Position numbers and translations under genes: made by a program | Part shown: in pieces, positions 40,003 to 50,082 of the stretch | How positions within the stretch are numbered: position 1 is the stretch's first letter | How the letters are laid out: every line of letters begins with the position of its first letter | IMG/VR virus record: IMGVR_UViG_3300050343_000216 | Location: 1-64,000 of that record | Strand: one strand, 5' to 3' | Length of the DNA: 64,000 nt | Source: a virus | The notes under the pieces: generated by a model | What the model saw: the letters and a program-made list of their open reading frames with translations, nothing else | Told to the model about the DNA's origin: nothing | Databases searched by the model: none

Positions 40003-41117
40003 CTAAACTTACGTGTTCCTGGGAACCCTCCAAAAGGTAGGGATACTTCTGTATCAAAGGTATCAGACTTGGAATAACCATGTGTAGTATTTGAAGAACT
40101 ATTGTGAAAGATTCCTTGATACCTTGCTTTACAAGAAGAAAGAAGTTTTCCACATACATCAGCTCGCATCCAATACTTAGAAGTAGCAGAAGGAGCAGTA
40201 CTCGCACTAGAAATATGTGCTCTTGAGATTCTCCACACTTCATTTGAATGAAATACATAAGAACTCTTTCTTAAATCAACAGTATCTAAACTATAATTAC
40301 CATTACTGGCCCATATAGTATATCGTCTGCAAATTTTCCAATAAATACTTCCTTCGTATGGAGTTTTATTTGTACTATCTACATTTGCTTGCCAAGTTAA
40401 TCCTTCATGAGTAACAAAAGCTCCTGTAGTATATGCTGTGCTGCTCGACCATGCGTTTGCTGAAATCAAATCAGTTTTAATTAAAGGTTCGTCATCTATA
40501 GTAAAAAATAAGAAAGGATTATTACTGCCCTGTATTTTTTTAGACTTCCAGTAGCAGGCACTTCTAACGTCTGTATTTGAAGAGGTCCACTGCTTATATA
40601 CCCAAGGGCAGTATTTTCCTGTAACCGGGCGAGAAGGCACTCGCGCTCCTGCTAAGTCAAAGGGCGAAGATAACTCTAGTTGAATCATTAATGAATTTTT
40701 GGAGGAGATTCTATCAATAACATATACTGCACTGGGAAATTCATATTCTGTGCCAGTTTGATCTACATATTTTGATAAAGTCTGCCGCCTTGTTAGTCTT
40801 TCTCCAATTAAATCTTCTATATCAAAATCTGTTATGCCCAACTCACTATTAATTGTAGTATCGGATTTTAATACGGATTCTACGTTAGGAATTGTGACAC
40901 TCGGTCTTGCCATGGCACCATCTCCGCCAATATCAATACCCTCAATAATCATTGGAAAAGGCACATAATTATTTCCGCCAAATTCTATATTATTTTCTGT
41001 ATTTTCTGCATGTAGATACAGAGTTGAGCTTCCGACTGTAATTTCAAATAAGCTAACAAGAGCTTCATCTGAAGCCATTACTAAGTCATTTGCTTCTTTT
41101 GCTATTACATCACTCAT
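39999..41117 (-). CDS. Minor tail protein L-like, with Fe-S cysteines and inserted carbohydrate-binding-like repeats
   Basis: YCPWVY, SACYW, DVCGKLLSSCKARY, LPFGGFPG; insert AWSSSTAYTTGAFVTHEGLTWQA. Confidence 0.85.
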   Translation of the reverse strand: MSDVIAKEANDLVMASDEALVSLFEITVGSSTLYLHAENTENNIEFGGNNYVPFPMIIEGIDIGGDGAMARPSVTIPNVESVLKSDTTINSELGITDFDIEDLIGERLTRRQTLSKYVDQTGTEYEFPSAVYVIDRISSKNSLMIQLELSSPFDLAGARVPSRPVTGKYCPWVYKQWTSSNTDVRSACYWKSKKIQGSNNPFLFFTIDDEPLIKTDLISANAWSSSTAYTTGAFVTHEGLTWQANVDSTNKTPYEGSIYWKICRRYTIWASNGNYSLDTVDLRKSSYVFHSNEVWRISRAHISSASTAPSATSKYWMRADVCGKLLSSCKARYQGIFHNSSSNTTHGYSKSDTFDTEVSLPFGGFPGTRKFR

Positions 41118-41515
41118 GCTTCATAAACTCTTCTAAATTGAGAGGATAAACTATAGACTTCATCATTAGTGTAAGAAATACTGTAACTATCGCAGACTAC
41201 TTTTACTGTATCTTCTCCAATATGAAAAGTAAAAGAACTAGGCTGCTGATCATCTAAAAAATCAGCGATTGTATCTATTTCTGCTTTTGGTCTGTTTCTA
41301 AAAGAAACGTCATAAGTTTCCTCTATATTATTTATACCGTCTAAAATTCTTTGCTCGTAACCATCACCGAACTTAGCCGAAAGAACTCTCCTAGAAGTTG
41401 TTCTCCCTACTCCTTTATCAAGAACGGCATTACTAGTATTACTTGAGCCGCTTGAGTATCCGCTCGAAAGACTATTTGCTGTGACTGTTTTTATTACAAT
41501 TTTAAAGTCTGCCAT
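41114..41515 (-). CDS. Distal tail protein (lambda gpM-like)
   Basis: AKFGDGYEQRILDGINN...FRRVYE. Confidence 0.85.
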   Translation of the reverse strand: MADFKIVIKTVTANSLSSGYSSGSSNTSNAVLDKGVGRTTSRRVLSAKFGDGYEQRILDGINNIEETYDVSFRNRPKAEIDTIADFLDDQQPSSFTFHIGEDTVKVVCDSYSISYTNDEVYSLSSQFRRVYEA

Positions 41516-44500
41516 TATGCTGTACCATACGGATTAAGTATTCCGCCCGCTCTCTTTTGATTTTGAAGCTCTTTTTGAACCGCAGCTGCAATTAAGTTTC
41601 CAATATCAGCACCCTGCTGACCACTAGATGCTGTGTTTTGCTGAGCATTTCCATCGTTATCAATAGCAACGTTTACAGTAACATTATTTTGTTGTCCCAT
41701 ACCATTCATACTTACAGGAATTGATTTACCGTCAGGAAGAGGTACAATTGCTTCATTATGTCGACCCTCTCCTACAAGACCAACAGTAGGTTGAGTTGCA
41801 ATTCCACCCTTGGCATACGCTGCCGAACGGAAACCTCCTTTTGCGATTCCACCGTTTGCGAAAAATAATGTTGCAAGTGTTCCAAAAATACCTCCGGCAC
41901 CTCCGCCGCCCGTGCCTCCGAAAAGACTGCCAGCTAAGGAGGAAAAAATATCTTTAAATATATTACCTCCCGACATAAATACGGTTCCTAATTTTTCTAC
42001 AAATCCTCCCTCTGCATTTTTATCAAAAATATCGCTTAAGGAGCCTAAAAAGTTAGTTACACTTCCTCCCACTTTTTGTTTAGTTACAGTTTCCCCCATC
42101 TTTTCGCCTTGTCCCATCGTAGATGTGGTCGAACTGCTACTTTTGCCGAAAAGTTTTTCCATTATTCCTATTGATTGAGTTCCTTCCGCTGTCTTGCCTG
42201 AAGTACTTGAATTTCCTCCAGAAATAAGATCTGTTGAAGTAGTAGTTCCTGCAGTTTTACCTGCCATACCCTCTGTATGGCCTTCTTTTATTTTTTGCTT
42301 AACTACTTCGGCTCCTTCTACATGAGCCTTTTTTATACGACCAGATGCAGAATCTCCAAAAATAGCTGTAGATATTTTTTCAGAAATATTTTTTGCCAGA
42401 GTTTGCGCTACAGCCTCTAAAGTAGTTTTTGCAATTTGTGCAACTGCCTCTCTAAAGCTTCCCTGTTTCCCAGTTATTAAATCTGTTAATCCACCAGTTA
42501 CGCCACTCTCAAAAGCGCCTTTTGCAGCCATCTCCATTTCATGGAGCATTGTAAGTTGTTCTTCTAAAATTCCTTTCTTTTGTCCTAGTAAATCTAGCTC
42601 ATCCCCTAATAACGTCAGAGTATTTAACTGTGCTGGAGTAGCCCCCTCAGCTTGCTTTGCAATTAGACCTCTTAAATTCTGCTGCTCGTTTAACTTATTG
42701 TTTATATTGAGCTGAAGAGAATCAATTGCTTGCTGTTGCTTTAGTCTTTCTTGTTGCAAAGGAGTTGCTTTCAGGAGAGCATCATTATACTTCATTTCTA
42801 AAGCAGTCTTTGCTCGAACTGCTTTGAATTCTGTGTCTCTCATATCTATTAAGAGCTTTCTTAACTTAATTGATCTGTCTAGTTCGTTTGCCTCTTTTTC
42901 GCTCATCTCTACAACAGTTTGTGAAGCTTTAACAGTAGCGTCAATAGAAGAAATTAAACCATCATATTTAGTTTGTTGTTGAAGGCCCCCCATAAATGAA
43001 AGTTCTATTTCTTGTTGATTTTTTAAAGCATTAGTAAATAACTTTGCAGAATTGCCTGCTTCTTGTGCACGACTTATAAACTGTAATAAGAGTTCAATTT
43101 GTTTTTCGGTTGTAAACTCATCAATATTACTACCAATTTTTCCCGCTTGGCTTGCGAGTTCAGTTCCTATACTTCCGAGAGCAGCTTCGGAGCCTTTAAA
43201 TATGTCAAAGTATAAATTTGCCGTCTTCTGTGCCTCTCCTCTTAATTCATCATTAGTACTAGTAAGTCCTGCTTTTAAACTATTTATATCTACATTAGCT
43301 AAAACGTTACCTGCAAAAGCTGCCCCGGCTGCACCCTCTGCCATTGGCTTTTTTGCCATTTCTGCAAGTTCTTCATTGACTCCTGCCAGTCTGTCTTTTA
43401 ATGCATCTATTTTTTTAACCTCTTCTTCTTTTATTAATTCTAGCTTTTTTTGTTCTGCTGTTTTAAAGAAATCCATAACCAGTTTAACACCTTCGGATAA
43501 AAGTTGTACAACAAGTACTAAGATCCCTACCCATCCCAGTAGTGATAAAGCTCTGTTTGCAAAGGTTACAAAGCCGGCGGTCATAACCTTCATTGTTGCT
43601 ATAGCACCTGCATAGCCTGATTGCATTTTCTTCCAAATAACAGTAGTACCTGAGCTAAATACTTTCCAATCTAATAACATAAGTTTTGAAGTTTTTTTGT
43701 TATCAGCAAGCATCAACTTTAAATTTTTTGCTAAGCTAGCTCGCTGTTTATCATTTAAAGCCTTATAAGCTTTGCCTTCATTCTCAATTTGTTTAATCAT
43801 TGCTTTGGCTTGTCTAGATGACGGCATTACTCCTTGCTGGAGCCTCTCTAGCCCCGAGCCTTTTCTAGCTTTTAATCCTTTAGTCGTTTGCTGAGCATTT
43901 TTCAAAGCTTGTCCTGCAACATCTTGCTGAGCTTTTACAACTCTTCGTAGTTCAATTACTTGTCTTTTATACGCAAAAGAAGCTGCATTTGCAGCGTCTG
44001 TTGAAGTTTTTGCTGCTATACTTGCTGCAGTTCCCATGTCGCTAAGACCTGGGATTATCATTTTAATAATAGGGGCTGCTAAAAGTCCTAATGCAATGGC
44101 TAAAGCTGCAATATTTTCTGTAAAGAAATCAAATACAGGCCCTACAACGTTTGCTAAGCCCTCTTTAAAAGGTTTTAAAAGATTATTTTCAAATGCTATC
44201 CCTAACTTTGCTACAGAATTTCCTAGTTTTTCTTGCCCAGTAAGAACCGAGGAATACTTTTGTTCTGCTTGGTCTAATACGTCATTTGCAACTGCTTGGC
44301 TTTTCTCAAATTGAGTGAGTAACTTAACGTCTTTTCCTATAGCATCTGCATATTTTTTACTAGCTGTTTCTAACCGTAGAATAATACCTAGTTCGTCAAG
44401 AAGTTCTGGCTCTGCTTTTGTAACACCTCGAACAAGACGATTAAAAGAGTCTGTAACATCCCTTCCTAAAATTGCAGAAGTATCTTTAGCGGCTGTTCCT

Positions 44501-44967
44501 AGCCTTTTTAATTGATCAGTACTAAGCCCTGCTGCAAGACCTATTGCGGAGGCCTGTGCTGCATCACTAAATCCTATTTGAGAATTTGTAGCTTCTACTA
44601 TATCATTACTTAGAGTTTTTATTGCTACACCGGTACTTTTTGCATAAGCTGCTTGACCTTGTGCCAATACAGAAAAATCTGCAGCAGACTTAAAAAAGCT
44701 AAATGCTGCGGTGATTGCAAATACCTGAGCGGCAAGAGTCGCATAAGCAGGTACAAGACCTCCAGAGATGCCCTGAGCCATTTTAGAAAAGTTTTTGGTT
44801 CCATTTGCAGAAGTTTGTGCGGCACCTTTGAGATTTCGATCAGCGGTACGGGCAGATTTTCCCGTGTTATCTAATGCGGCCCCTAGCTTATTAGCTTCGA
44901 CGGCTACACGTTTTGTAGTGCCTTTATCATCTATAACTACGTCAATAAAAACTTTATTGTTTGCCAT
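41515..44967 (-). CDS. Tape measure protein
   Basis: 1150 aa, helical and Ala-rich; GVTKAEPELLDELGI; TM segments; C-terminal GEGRHNEAIVPL. Confidence 0.92.
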   Translation of the reverse strand: MANNKVFIDVVIDDKGTTKRVAVEANKLGAALDNTGKSARTADRNLKGAAQTSANGTKNFSKMAQGISGGLVPAYATLAAQVFAITAAFSFFKSAADFSVLAQGQAAYAKSTGVAIKTLSNDIVEATNSQIGFSDAAQASAIGLAAGLSTDQLKRLGTAAKDTSAILGRDVTDSFNRLVRGVTKAEPELLDELGIILRLETASKKYADAIGKDVKLLTQFEKSQAVANDVLDQAEQKYSSVLTGQEKLGNSVAKLGIAFENNLLKPFKEGLANVVGPVFDFFTENIAALAIALGLLAAPIIKMIIPGLSDMGTAASIAAKTSTDAANAASFAYKRQVIELRRVVKAQQDVAGQALKNAQQTTKGLKARKGSGLERLQQGVMPSSRQAKAMIKQIENEGKAYKALNDKQRASLAKNLKLMLADNKKTSKLMLLDWKVFSSGTTVIWKKMQSGYAGAIATMKVMTAGFVTFANRALSLLGWVGILVLVVQLLSEGVKLVMDFFKTAEQKKLELIKEEEVKKIDALKDRLAGVNEELAEMAKKPMAEGAAGAAFAGNVLANVDINSLKAGLTSTNDELRGEAQKTANLYFDIFKGSEAALGSIGTELASQAGKIGSNIDEFTTEKQIELLLQFISRAQEAGNSAKLFTNALKNQQEIELSFMGGLQQQTKYDGLISSIDATVKASQTVVEMSEKEANELDRSIKLRKLLIDMRDTEFKAVRAKTALEMKYNDALLKATPLQQERLKQQQAIDSLQLNINNKLNEQQNLRGLIAKQAEGATPAQLNTLTLLGDELDLLGQKKGILEEQLTMLHEMEMAAKGAFESGVTGGLTDLITGKQGSFREAVAQIAKTTLEAVAQTLAKNISEKISTAIFGDSASGRIKKAHVEGAEVVKQKIKEGHTEGMAGKTAGTTTSTDLISGGNSSTSGKTAEGTQSIGIMEKLFGKSSSSTTSTMGQGEKMGETVTKQKVGGSVTNFLGSLSDIFDKNAEGGFVEKLGTVFMSGGNIFKDIFSSLAGSLFGGTGGGGAGGIFGTLATLFFANGGIAKGGFRSAAYAKGGIATQPTVGLVGEGRHNEAIVPLPDGKSIPVSMNGMGQQNNVTVNVAIDNDGNAQQNTASSGQQGADIGNLIAAAVQKELQNQKRAGGILNPYGTA

Positions 44968-45404
44968 TAGCCGCGCACGTTATGGGTGTACTTATTTCCA
45001 CCTCCTGCAGACTTTGCTTTTCGCTCTTCTGCTTTACGTTTTTTCTCTGATTCTTCTGCTTTATATGAGACTATAATATTTTCATATAATTTCATAAAAA
45101 ATAACGTTTCTTTTTTATTTTCTATTTCATACAATTCGAAAAGTTGATTACATTGCGTCCAATCTTTTCCTAAATATGTGCCTGACATTCCATCCCAGTT
45201 GTCTGACAAAAAGCTGAATATAAAAAATGCCACTTGAACCTCCTCGGGAAAATCCGAAGAATCGAGCGGCATTTTTGCTGGGTCTGGTTCTTGTCCTAAT
45301 TGCTCACAGATAAGTAAGTATTTATCTACATCAATCTGCGAACTATCTCTTACAAAGCGTTCAAGTAATCTTTTTACTTCAATTACTTGTTGCTGGTAAA
45401 ATTT
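44967..45404 (-). CDS. Tail assembly chaperone, -1 frameshift extension (gpT-like part)
   Basis: The -1 frame is open from the slippery site through FYQQQVIEV...DPAKMPLDSSDF to the stop at 44967. Confidence 0.75.
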   Translation of the reverse strand, partial: KFYQQQVIEVKRLLERFVRDSSQIDVDKYLLICEQLGQEPDPAKMPLDSSDFPEEVQVAFFIFSFLSDNWDGMSGTYLGKDWTQCNQLFELYEIENKKETLFFMKLYENIIVSYKAEESEKKRKAEERKAKSAGGGNKYTHNVRG

Positions 45405-45816
45405 TCGAGGTCACCTACTGTTTCCGTTACCCAAGTATCAAAATCATTTGCATTCTTCATAAGAAGCTCTGCATTTTCTTGAGTAAATGGCAATGTACCT
45501 TCAGGATCAAGTTCAGAAATATCAACCAAAAGAAGCTCTTCTAAGTATCGAAGTTTCAGCCCTTTCCATCCTTTAATTACAGCTTTACAGTACTCTACTA
45601 AGAAACTTCTCTTCATCCAGCTCTTCTTCTGGTTGGCGAGTCTTTTTATCAAACTTTAGTAGTAATACACTTCTTACGTAAGTTTTAACAGCTCTTCTCT
45701 TGCTAGAGTAGCACAGATCAACTGTCATATCCTGCATAGCCTGGAAAATCAAGTAGTTACAGTCTTACTTGGAGTCATTAGACTCGCGAAAGAGATAGGG
45801 TTTCTGAATCACTCAT
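45383..45816 (-). CDS. Tail assembly chaperone (gpG-like); 5' part frameshifted
   Basis: Located between the tail tube and TMP; IKGWKGLK...FDTWV...DLENF. Start approximate. Confidence 0.75.
45398..45404 (-). other. Programmed -1 ribosomal frameshift heptamer A AAT TTT
   Basis: X XXY YYZ in frame, four codons before the chaperone stop. Confidence 0.75.
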
Positions 45817-45858
45817 GCTAAAAAATCCTTATAAAATTGTTGTTCATTTAATACACAT

Positions 45859-45887
45859 ATTATATCGAAGCACAGGAAAAATGTCAA
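45859..45887 (-). promoter_or_regulatory. Sigma70 promoter
   Basis: Minus strand AAAAATACTTC-TTGACA-17-TATAAT. Confidence 0.85.
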
Positions 45888-45911
45888 GAAGTATTTTTAA
45901 CACCTGGAAAT

Positions 45912-45935
45912 AAAAAACCCGCCGAAGCGGGTTTT
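45912..45935 (-). terminator. Rho-independent terminator after the major tail gene
   Basis: AAAACCCGC-TTCG-GCGGGTTTTTT on the minus strand, with one mismatch. Confidence 0.85.
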
Positions 45936-45955
45936 GGTGAAGCTTATTATAATTA

Positions 45956-47561
45956 TTAAGCAGAGACTCCGAATACTTCCAGATTGAATTCGTCAGCAGT
46001 ATCGAAATCATTGGTATATGCACCAAAGTTAGTCTCGAGTGAAATAACATCTTCAATATTGTGACTAGGTACATCAATGTGTACTTTCGGGAAGTTGAAG
46101 TTAACTCGCGGCTGTCCTGAAGTTACGCCCCCGACTTTAAAGGTTACGTCAAAGTCGTTTACAACTTTTGTAAGACCCTTATCTGCATCTACAAGGTCTG
46201 CAAAGAAGTCGGAAGAAGCACCAGTATTACCAGTGGCGTCATCAAATACAAGATAACAAGTAAAGTTTCCACCAATAGCTCGAGCTCCAGTTACACCCTC
46301 AACTGGCTTATTAATTGTACCAAGTTCTTCAGGTACCAAGTAGGTAACATTATTTGAAATAGTAATGTTTCCGCCAGTTAGCGTAAAGTTATAGATACCA
46401 GTATCTACGACCCCAGAATCAGCAGTGTGAGTACCGGCACCCGCAAGTGCAGAGCCCGCCTGCAGTTGCTGAAACTGTAAAGGTTGTAGTGCTAGGCACG
46501 GTCTTAACAAAGAGCGTAGTATTCCAGCTACTTGCATTTGTAAGTCCTGCTACACTTGAGATTTTAATTGTATCACCAACTTTTAGACCATGAGCAGTTG
46601 TTCCAGTAGTTACAACTCCTGGGCTTGCGGTGGTAATAGCGCTAATAGAAACTCGCTTACCTTCCATAACGTCAGGGTTTTGACCACGTACTTCAAGTTG
46701 AGTCAAACGATTACGAATAAAGTTACCCGTAGACGTTACACCCGTTGTGATCGCTGTTCGGAAAGCATCGTGAGTAGGAGTTAAACCACCACCATTATCA
46801 GCATCAATAGGTACCGAGAGACGGAAGTCATTACCGCTATCAAGATACACAAGATTCTGCGCTACTGAAGGAGCAGCAGCTCCTACGCTTACTTTTCCTG
46901 CAGTCTGCAAGTCTGTTACTTCTTTTGCGAAACCTGACCAGTTTGCAGTTGCAATACCATCCAGGTCAAAGTCAATAGAACACTCATTTACAATCGCACT
47001 AGAGAGCTTATATACCATTGGGTTAGTAGTATCTGTTTCAAATACGAAGTAAAGAGTAAGCTTTGGAAGAGTAGATCTGTTAGACTCATTAAAGTTCAAA
47101 AGACCCCCAGTACCTGCAGAAGGAAGAGTTGCCCCTGCCTCATCATGTACAAGACCTCCAGTAACCGCTCTATCGCTAGAGTTACGAGTATAATCACCAG
47201 TACCTGTTGGACCTGCTGCGGTAACTCCGGATCCTGAGAACTCATCTGCGCCCGCCATTGCTGCCCAAAGAACTTGGTCAACAAGGTGCATTTTGCTTGA
47301 GCCGTGGTCGGTTGGACGCATGTAAGTGCTAAAAGACCATTCTGCAGGAGCCAAGGAGTCTGTAAAGAGACGTCGACCTCGACGGCTCACACCCGCAGTA
47401 CTTTCCATTTCATTTAGACCAATTTCTGTCTGATTTGTACTCTGAGAGAAACTGAATCCGTCCAATACTGGCACTTCCCACAAACCTTGGAAAGCTCCGT
47501 TATTAGCTGTTAGCTCGACATAAAGTTTCGAGTCGCGGCTAAAATAAAGTTTATCTGCCAT
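45956..47561 (-). CDS. Major tail tube protein (T5 pb6-like), one apparent indel near 46455
   Basis: VLDGFSFSQ, LAPAEWSFSTY, FDLDGIAT..WSG; the second frame continues LTGGNITISNNVTYL.PEELG. Confidence 0.85.
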
Positions 47562-47621
47562 AGATTATCTCCTATGTCTTGAAAAGGCCTGGACGTGAAC
47601 GTTTGTTCGTGCCAGCATTTT

Positions 47622-48083
47622 CTAGTATCGAACCTCTATAAGAATTTCTCCAACTCCTAAAGGTTCTAATACACCTTCATCAGTATCTATACTAATGATT
47701 GTGATTTGTTGAGTGTACTGCTCTAGACCCATTCTATCGTAGTACACGAATCTACTATTTTCTTCTAAAACTGTTTCGACGTCTTCAAGTAATTCATCAA
47801 GTGCATCTACTGCATCTTCTTGATTTACATAACATCGAATTGTAAGATTAAAAACGATCTTTGTACTGATCCGCCTTGATACTCTCTGTTTCTGATCCTG
47901 CATTTAAGTGCATTGCAGGAAACTCTTCAACTTCGTCCCAAAACTTTAGCCGAGGACTTACTTCTGCAACTGCAGTATGATAAATACCGCGACCATCAAT
48001 ACCTTCAATTTTATCTGCTAAGAGCTCTTGTAATAGCAGACCTACGGCTAGTATACTGTCTATGTGCCTGCTTTTTCTGCCAC
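47622..48083 (-). CDS. Tail terminator protein (T5 p142-like), frameshifted
   Basis: LLEDVETVLE; IDTDEGVLEPLGVGEILIEVRY; position. Confidence 0.7.
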
Positions 48084-49436
48084 TTATACTCTCCTAGTAT
48101 AAAATCTTCCTAGTGCCATTTCTGCTGCTATTTCTCTAATAGAGCTATCAATAATCTTCTAGGGTCTCTACTAGTGGTTGCCCAAGGGCTTTTACCCCTT
48201 CCTACCTCAAAAACTTGATATGGATCTTTATCATAAGTATAACCGAAACTTGGGAACCCTCTTTTAGTTTGACTTACATCAGTAAGCTTTACACTATTTG
48301 CAAATCTTCCTGTTCTATTTTCTAATCCCGGCGATCTCATGTTCTTTTCAATAGTTTCAGGAAGTTTTCGATTAATCATTGCCATTATGGAAAACATGCT
48401 GCGTCTGTTATTTTTTTCAAATGCTGGAGTTTTAACTGCTGTCTTATCTTTAAATGCAGCACCTGCAGTCACTATATTGGCTTTCTTTTTCCCTTTTCCT
48501 GAGCTTTTTTGATCTTTAATCTTTTGGTCTTTAATACTTGATCGTATATTTTTATTTCTTTTTGTAACTAATGAAAATTCATTTAGGATTATTTTTTTGG
48601 ACTTAGACACTTTAGAGTCAGAACCCTCTTGGTTAGCCCAAAAATTTGTCCCAAAAGACTCTACTATAACTTTTAAGTCTTTGTTTATATTCTCTATTAA
48701 GGCTTTTTCTTTTGATCCGCCTTTCTGTCTATTAAGAAATTTACTTTCTAAAGCCACCGATATAATATCAATGTTTTTTTCCAGGATTTTTAGTTATTAC
48801 AAAGTCTGTTTGGTCTGATAGCTCTCCAATTAACTTTTGTACTTCTGGATTTTTTTGAGCTGAAGACCATTCAAATAGTGTTTTATTTACTTCTCTAGCT
48901 CGCTGCTCAGAGATACTGTACCCTTCTTCATGTCCAATATCAAGAAAGCTAGAATTTATTTGTTCGATCTCTTTTGATCTTCTTCCGCCCTTATTAAGTT
49001 TTGTAATTTGGGCTCTTAATTTTCTTAAAAGAGGTCTTTGCCGTACTTGTTTTACTGCCCGAAATCTATTAAATACATTGACTGTTCCGGCTTTTTTAGC
49101 TCCTATAGTAAAAGTAAACCTTCGAGCATCTCCTTTGAGGTTTGATACCATTGTTTTCTTTGCTTCTGTATTAAAATTTTTAAAATCTTGATACATTCCT
49201 GAACACATCTTTGGAACTTCAGTTTCAATAATATCAATAATACTCTGTGGAAGGTTCCCCGGTTTATAGCCCCCTCTTTTTTCCATTTCTCTTTTTATTT
49301 GAGTCATGATTCTTTGTTGACTAACTAAAATATTATGAACTTTTTTGTCTGAAGTTATCTTCCTATAAGAATTTGAAGTTTGCTCCATCAACTCTTGTAT
49401 TTTTTTAACTGTTGCCTGTAAATCTCTCTTAGCCAT
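48084..49436 (-). CDS. Neck/tail completion protein (T5 p143-like), frameshifted
   Basis: Two track ORFs (48768-49436 and 48128-48757); LENRTGRFA.SV, YTY..DPYQVFE, RDPR. Confidence 0.65.
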
Positions 49437-50026
49437 TAAAAGTTTTTATAAAGATCAAGTACCCGTTTTATGTGATCTGGAAATGCCACATTATTACGCT
49501 GACTTGTGCTTGCTTGATTCTGAATACTAGCGCCTGCAATTGAGCGTCGCTCTTTGTGTTCATCCTTCAAGTAGTAAGTAATCAAATCAAAAACTGCAAG
49601 TCTTAAATCTGCTGGAAGACTTGCGTATCCTGCTTTATAAGTTACACGAACTGCACCTGGGCCACGAGCCCAATTCTTATAAGTAGTGCCCCCAGTAGTA
49701 CGAATAAGGCTGTCTGTCGCACTATCTAAATAATACTCATAACTTGTTGTGGTCAAAGTAATGTAAGAAGAATCATAAGTTTCTCGCTCTTCTACGGATA
49801 CGATACTATTTACCGGGCTTTCTGTAAGCTGTATAAGATGCGTACCCCAGTTTACATTAATAGTATCTACTTTATTTGTACTGTAATAATCTACAAAACT
49901 GTTTGCACAATAAGTCTTTACTAATTGGCTCACCGACGGAATAATAAAATTAAGCTGCGCATCACTTTTAGGGGTGGTAACCCCTTCTGCGGCTTTATAG
50001 TCTATAAGTGTAACTAAATCTGTCAT
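49436..50026 (-). CDS. Head-tail connector/head completion protein
   Basis: LVKTYC, VTYKAGY..LPADL.LA, FPDHIKRVLDLY. Confidence 0.85.
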   Translation of the reverse strand: MTDLVTLIDYKAAEGVTTPKSDAQLNFIIPSVSQLVKTYCANSFVDYYSTNKVDTINVNWGTHLIQLTESPVNSIVSVEERETYDSSYITLTTTSYEYYLDSATDSLIRTTGGTTYKNWARGPGAVRVTYKAGYASLPADLRLAVFDLITYYLKDEHKERRSIAGASIQNQASTSQRNNVAFPDHIKRVLDLYKNF

Positions 50027-50040
50027 AAGCTAATTAGTAA

Positions 50041-50069
50041 AAACTTGGGGAGGCGAACCTCCCCAGTTT
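50041..50069 (-). terminator. Terminator after the capsid gene
   Basis: GGGGAGG-TTCG-CCTCCCC hairpin followed by a T run on the minus strand. Confidence 0.8.
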
Positions 50070-50082
50070 ATGTTACTTGTTA

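Noticed and set aside
43052-43615. Long antisense ORFs (also 41810, 25629, 56133 and others)
   Set aside because: These are shadows of well-supported genes on the opposite strand, with no RBS or recognisable motifs.
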